Assembly (NCBI GenBank): GCA_964389785.1 | Contig: CAYMFW010000002.1 | Coordinates: 813 to 64,812, forward strand | Reading direction: 5' to 3' | Length of the DNA stretch: 64,000 nt | Source of the DNA: an uncultured Planctomycetota bacterium | GTDB lineage: Bacteria > Planctomycetota > CAYMFW01 | Shown here: positions 61,706 to 64,000 of the stretch, piece by piece | How the letters are laid out: every line of letters begins with the position of its first letter | Position numbering within the stretch: position 1 is the first letter of the stretch | The notes under the pieces: model-generated | Seen by the model: only the letters and a program-made list of their open reading frames with translations | Told to the model about the DNA's origin: nothing | Databases searched by the model: none | Translations under genes and position numbers: made by a program

Positions 61706-63534
61706 CTCCCCTTCAGCGCCGCGGAGTACGCGGCCCGGTAGTGACCGATCACCTCGGACCAGTCGAACAGGTGCGACACCCGCTCGACCCTGTTGCGCAG
61801 CTCGCGCCGCTGGCGCCTGTTCAAACGACAAAAGTCATATAGGAAATCGGTGAGGCTTTCGACCGTTTGTTTCGCGGTCCGGCCGTGCCGGTTGATGACG
61901 CACAGCCCGTTGGCCTCGTAGTCAGGAAGGATCTTGACCAGGTGGTTGCCGAACCCGCTCAGGTCACTCGCGACCGCCGGGATGCCGAGCGCGACACACT
62001 CCATCGGGGTGTAGCCCCACGGTTCGTAGTACGACGGGAACACCCCGAGATTGCAGCCGCGGACGAACTGCTGGTAATCCAGACCGAGAATCGGGCTGGT
62101 GCTCGCGACGAACTGAGGATGGAACACCACCTTCACCCGGTCCTTCTCCGCGTTCAGAAGGCCGCAGGCCCGCAGCTTCTGGATCACCGGGTCACCGTCC
62201 GGGTCCGTCAGGTCGTGCGTCACGTTGCGGGGGAGCTTCTTCGACTGCCACGCCAGCATACTCCGCCGTATCCGAAGCGCCTGCGTCTCCGTAAAGACGT
62301 CCTTCGAGTCGGGAATCCTTCCCTCGACTACCCGCTGGAAGAGCCGGGTGCCCATGTCGTGCTCGACCGAGCCGCAGACCTGGCGGAGCTCGTGGTACAA
62401 CGCGTGCTGGCTCAACACGTCCACGTTGATGCTGCGGACGTCCGCGTTGGCGACGATGAAGCCGACCACGGTGAGGTCCATGTCGTCTTCGATCAGGCGA
62501 CGGTTCAGCGTCGCGAGGCTCTCTATGAATATGTCTTTGCCCTTGTTCCGGTATTCGTAGCGGCCCGCCGTAAACAGGTAGACGGTCGTGTCCAGGTCGA
62601 AGGTATAGGAGCCGAAGAAGTGTCCGGTGACGAAGTCGTGTATCCGGGCCTTGTAGATGCGGTGGAGCGCCTGGAATTCATCCGGCGCCTCGAATTGGCT
62701 TATGCTCAGCCCGTTCGGGACGATGAAATCCGACTTCCGGCCCAGCAGCTTCAGGGCTTCTCCCGCGGACAGATCGGACACCGTGGTGAACACGTCCGCT
62801 TCCTGCACCGCGAGCCGCTCGAGCGCGTACCGGGAAGGAATGCCGAGCTGTCTCGCTTCCTTGACCGGATTCACCTTGTCGAGCAGGCCGTAGAAGTCCT
62901 CGCTGGCCGAGCTCATGTACCTGCCCAGCAGCGTGCCGTGCGTGGTGAAGATGGTCGCGACGGGTATCCCATGCTTCCTGATGAGGGGAACGGCCACGCC
63001 GCCCATCCACTCGTGGAAGTGCGCGATCAGCGGGGTCTTCTTCGAAACTTCAGCGAATCGATCCAGAAAGTCGGCGACCTGACAGCCGAACGCGACTACC
63101 TCGTCGACCATCGCGTCCCGCACGTGGGTCTCTACATCCAGTTCCTTCCACAGAAGAAACTTGCGCCTCTCCAGCTCCGCCTCCCTCATCTTCGGTTCTA
63201 TGAGGATCGTCCTGGGGTGCCCGGGCACCAGCCACCGTCCATACCGGCACGTGACGCCGTCCCTGGTGAGCGCGTCCATCGTCAGCGCGATCGGCCCCTC
63301 CGGCATCAACTCCTCGAATTCGACGGCCGCCCTCTCCGGCACGTACGGCCCGATCATCAGGTACCGGTCGCCCCACATCTCCACCATCGCCGGGGCCTTG
63401 CTTCTCAGGACGGTGTAGATTCCGCCGAGCTGGTTGCACACCTCCCACGCGACTTCGCACAGGAAGGCGTCGTCGACGGACGGCGCGGATTTCCGCTTCT
63501 TCGACGGGGACCCTTTCTTCTTCTTCGTTACCAT
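61702..63534 (-). CDS. GT3-family (animal/fungal-type) glycogen synthase
   Basis: FLCEVAWEVCNQLGGIYTVLRSKA, ..IAHFHEWMGGVA.. and ..TTHGTLLGRY.. match the eukaryote-type glycogen synthase N-terminal signatures. An unusual Lys-rich N-terminal tail MVTKKKKGSPSKKRKS is present. Confidence 0.85.
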   Translation of the reverse strand: MVTKKKKGSPSKKRKSAPSVDDAFLCEVAWEVCNQLGGIYTVLRSKAPAMVEMWGDRYLMIGPYVPERAAVEFEELMPEGPIALTMDALTRDGVTCRYGRWLVPGHPRTILIEPKMREAELERRKFLLWKELDVETHVRDAMVDEVVAFGCQVADFLDRFAEVSKKTPLIAHFHEWMGGVAVPLIRKHGIPVATIFTTHGTLLGRYMSSASEDFYGLLDKVNPVKEARQLGIPSRYALERLAVQEADVFTTVSDLSAGEALKLLGRKSDFIVPNGLSISQFEAPDEFQALHRIYKARIHDFVTGHFFGSYTFDLDTTVYLFTAGRYEYRNKGKDIFIESLATLNRRLIEDDMDLTVVGFIVANADVRSINVDVLSQHALYHELRQVCGSVEHDMGTRLFQRVVEGRIPDSKDVFTETQALRIRRSMLAWQSKKLPRNVTHDLTDPDGDPVIQKLRACGLLNAEKDRVKVVFHPQFVASTSPILGLDYQQFVRGCNLGVFPSYYEPWGYTPMECVALGIPAVASDLSGFGNHLVKILPDYEANGLCVINRHGRTAKQTVESLTDFLYDFCRLNRRQRRELRNRVERVSHLFDWSEVIGHYRAAYSAALKGR

Positions 63535-63578
63535 ATCAGAACTCCTCTATCGCTCTACCGCTGTTCTTCACGCTGCAA

Positions 63579-63723
63579 GCGGAAAGGGCAAGTTGCTGAA
63601 CGGGTTCGAGATTCGGCCGGCAGCCCGAACGGGCTATTCGATAAGCCGGTCGAAGCTCGCCCTCGGAGGCGAGCCCGTTCCTTATACGGGCCGAGAATGA
63701 GTGAAGCAACTTGCCCTTTCCGC
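63579..63723 (+). ncRNA. conserved structured element X, copy 2; candidate ncRNA or structured DNA repeat
   Basis: A 19-bp perfect inverted repeat pairs 63579-63597 with 63705-63723. It encloses the same five conserved blocks as copy 1. It ends 1 nt before the cobO-like stop codon and lies 45 nt upstream (in the minus sense) of the glycogen synthase start. Confidence 0.55.
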
Positions 63724-63724
63724 C

Positions 63725-64000
63725 TCAAAATTCTATCCCTTTTTGCGCCTTCACGCCGCCGGCGTAGGCGTGCTTGATCTCCTTCATCTCCGTGACGGTA
63801 TCGGCCGCCGCGACGATCGAATCCGGGCAACCGCGCCCGGTCAGCACCAGGTGCACCGGCTCCGGCCGGGCGGCTATCAGCCCGGTGATGTCGTCTTCGC
63901 TCAGGAGATTCTCCTTCACGGCCAGCAGCGCTTCGTCCGCGACCACCATGTCGTAGTCGCCGGAGGCGAGCCCCTCCCTCACGCGCTCCAGCGCCTTTCC
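63725..64000 (-). CDS. cobO: cob(I)yrinic acid a,c-diamide adenosyltransferase (CobO/BtuR type), C-terminal part; gene continues past the right edge
   Basis: ..YDMVVADEALLAVKENLLSEDDITGLIAARPEPVHLVLTGRGCPDSIVAAADTVTEMKEIKHAYAGGVKAQKGIEF matches the conserved C-terminus (..VLTGR....L...AD.VTEM...KH.......A..GIEF). The frame stays open to position 64000. Confidence 0.85.
   Translation of the reverse strand, partial: GKALERVREGLASGDYDMVVADEALLAVKENLLSEDDITGLIAARPEPVHLVLTGRGCPDSIVAAADTVTEMKEIKHAYAGGVKAQKGIEF

Noticed and set aside
63579-63723. Cobalamin riboswitch, considered because the element abuts a cobO-like gene.
   Set aside because: I could not find a B12-box (AGYCMGGAGACCKGCC-like) or the GCCACTG element. 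The element lies downstream, not upstream, of cobO, and the second copy has no cobalamin context. I also compared it by eye with the TPP, SAM, FMN, glycine, ykkC, c-di-GMP and hammerhead consensus cores and found no match.

Overview
This is a GC-rich bacterial chromosomal window. I saw no rRNA, tRNA or CRISPR array. All family assignments rest on motif recognition by eye; no database search was run. Two prepilin-type N-terminal ([14 protein letters not shown]) DUF1559-like proteins and many secreted beta-propeller and beta-helix proteins suggest a PVC-like or candidate-phylum glycan degrader (inference).

Gene content, left to right:
- a sugar catabolic set (YdjC-like deacetylase, class II ketose-bisphosphate aldolase, fucose/arabinose-isomerase-like protein, FGGY kinase);
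- a secreted parallel beta-helix protein;
- two paralogous ~900-aa NHL-repeat proteins;
- a HEAT-repeat protein plus URO-D-like pair;
- a membrane-anchored guanidino-modifying (PAD/agmatine-deiminase-fold) enzyme with a small coupled partner;
- several clan GH-A-like hydrolases;
- a Kelch/Fn3 protein inserted into an SGNH hydrolase gene;
- a PQQ-like propeller, a DUF4019 protein, an RRM RNA-binding protein and a FadL-type outer membrane protein;
- a 2473-aa adhesin-like giant that heads a tightly packed 7-gene string (GT-C glycosyltransferase, esterase, CBM-GH, and a sugar ABC binding protein with two permeases);
- a LacI / Gfo-Idh-MocA / GPH-symporter / GH38 alpha-mannosidase locus;
- a minus-strand operon of eukaryote-type GT3 glycogen synthase, LarA homolog and URO-D-like protein;
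- a partial corrinoid adenosyltransferase.

Most noteworthy non-genic signals:
1. Two copies of a ~145-nt element (28617-28759 and 63579-63723). Each has conserved single-stranded blocks and an 18-bp closing stem that differs at 8 positions, all compensated. Each sits just past the stop codon of a minus-strand gene.
2. A promoter plus signal-peptide cassette present three times in the first 7 kb, next to a probable IS91-family transposase relic.
3. An 82-bp direct repeat of a gene start flanking a 2.3-kb inserted gene.
4. A recurrent TAGAAT-type -10 box placed so close to start codons that several mRNAs should be leaderless.
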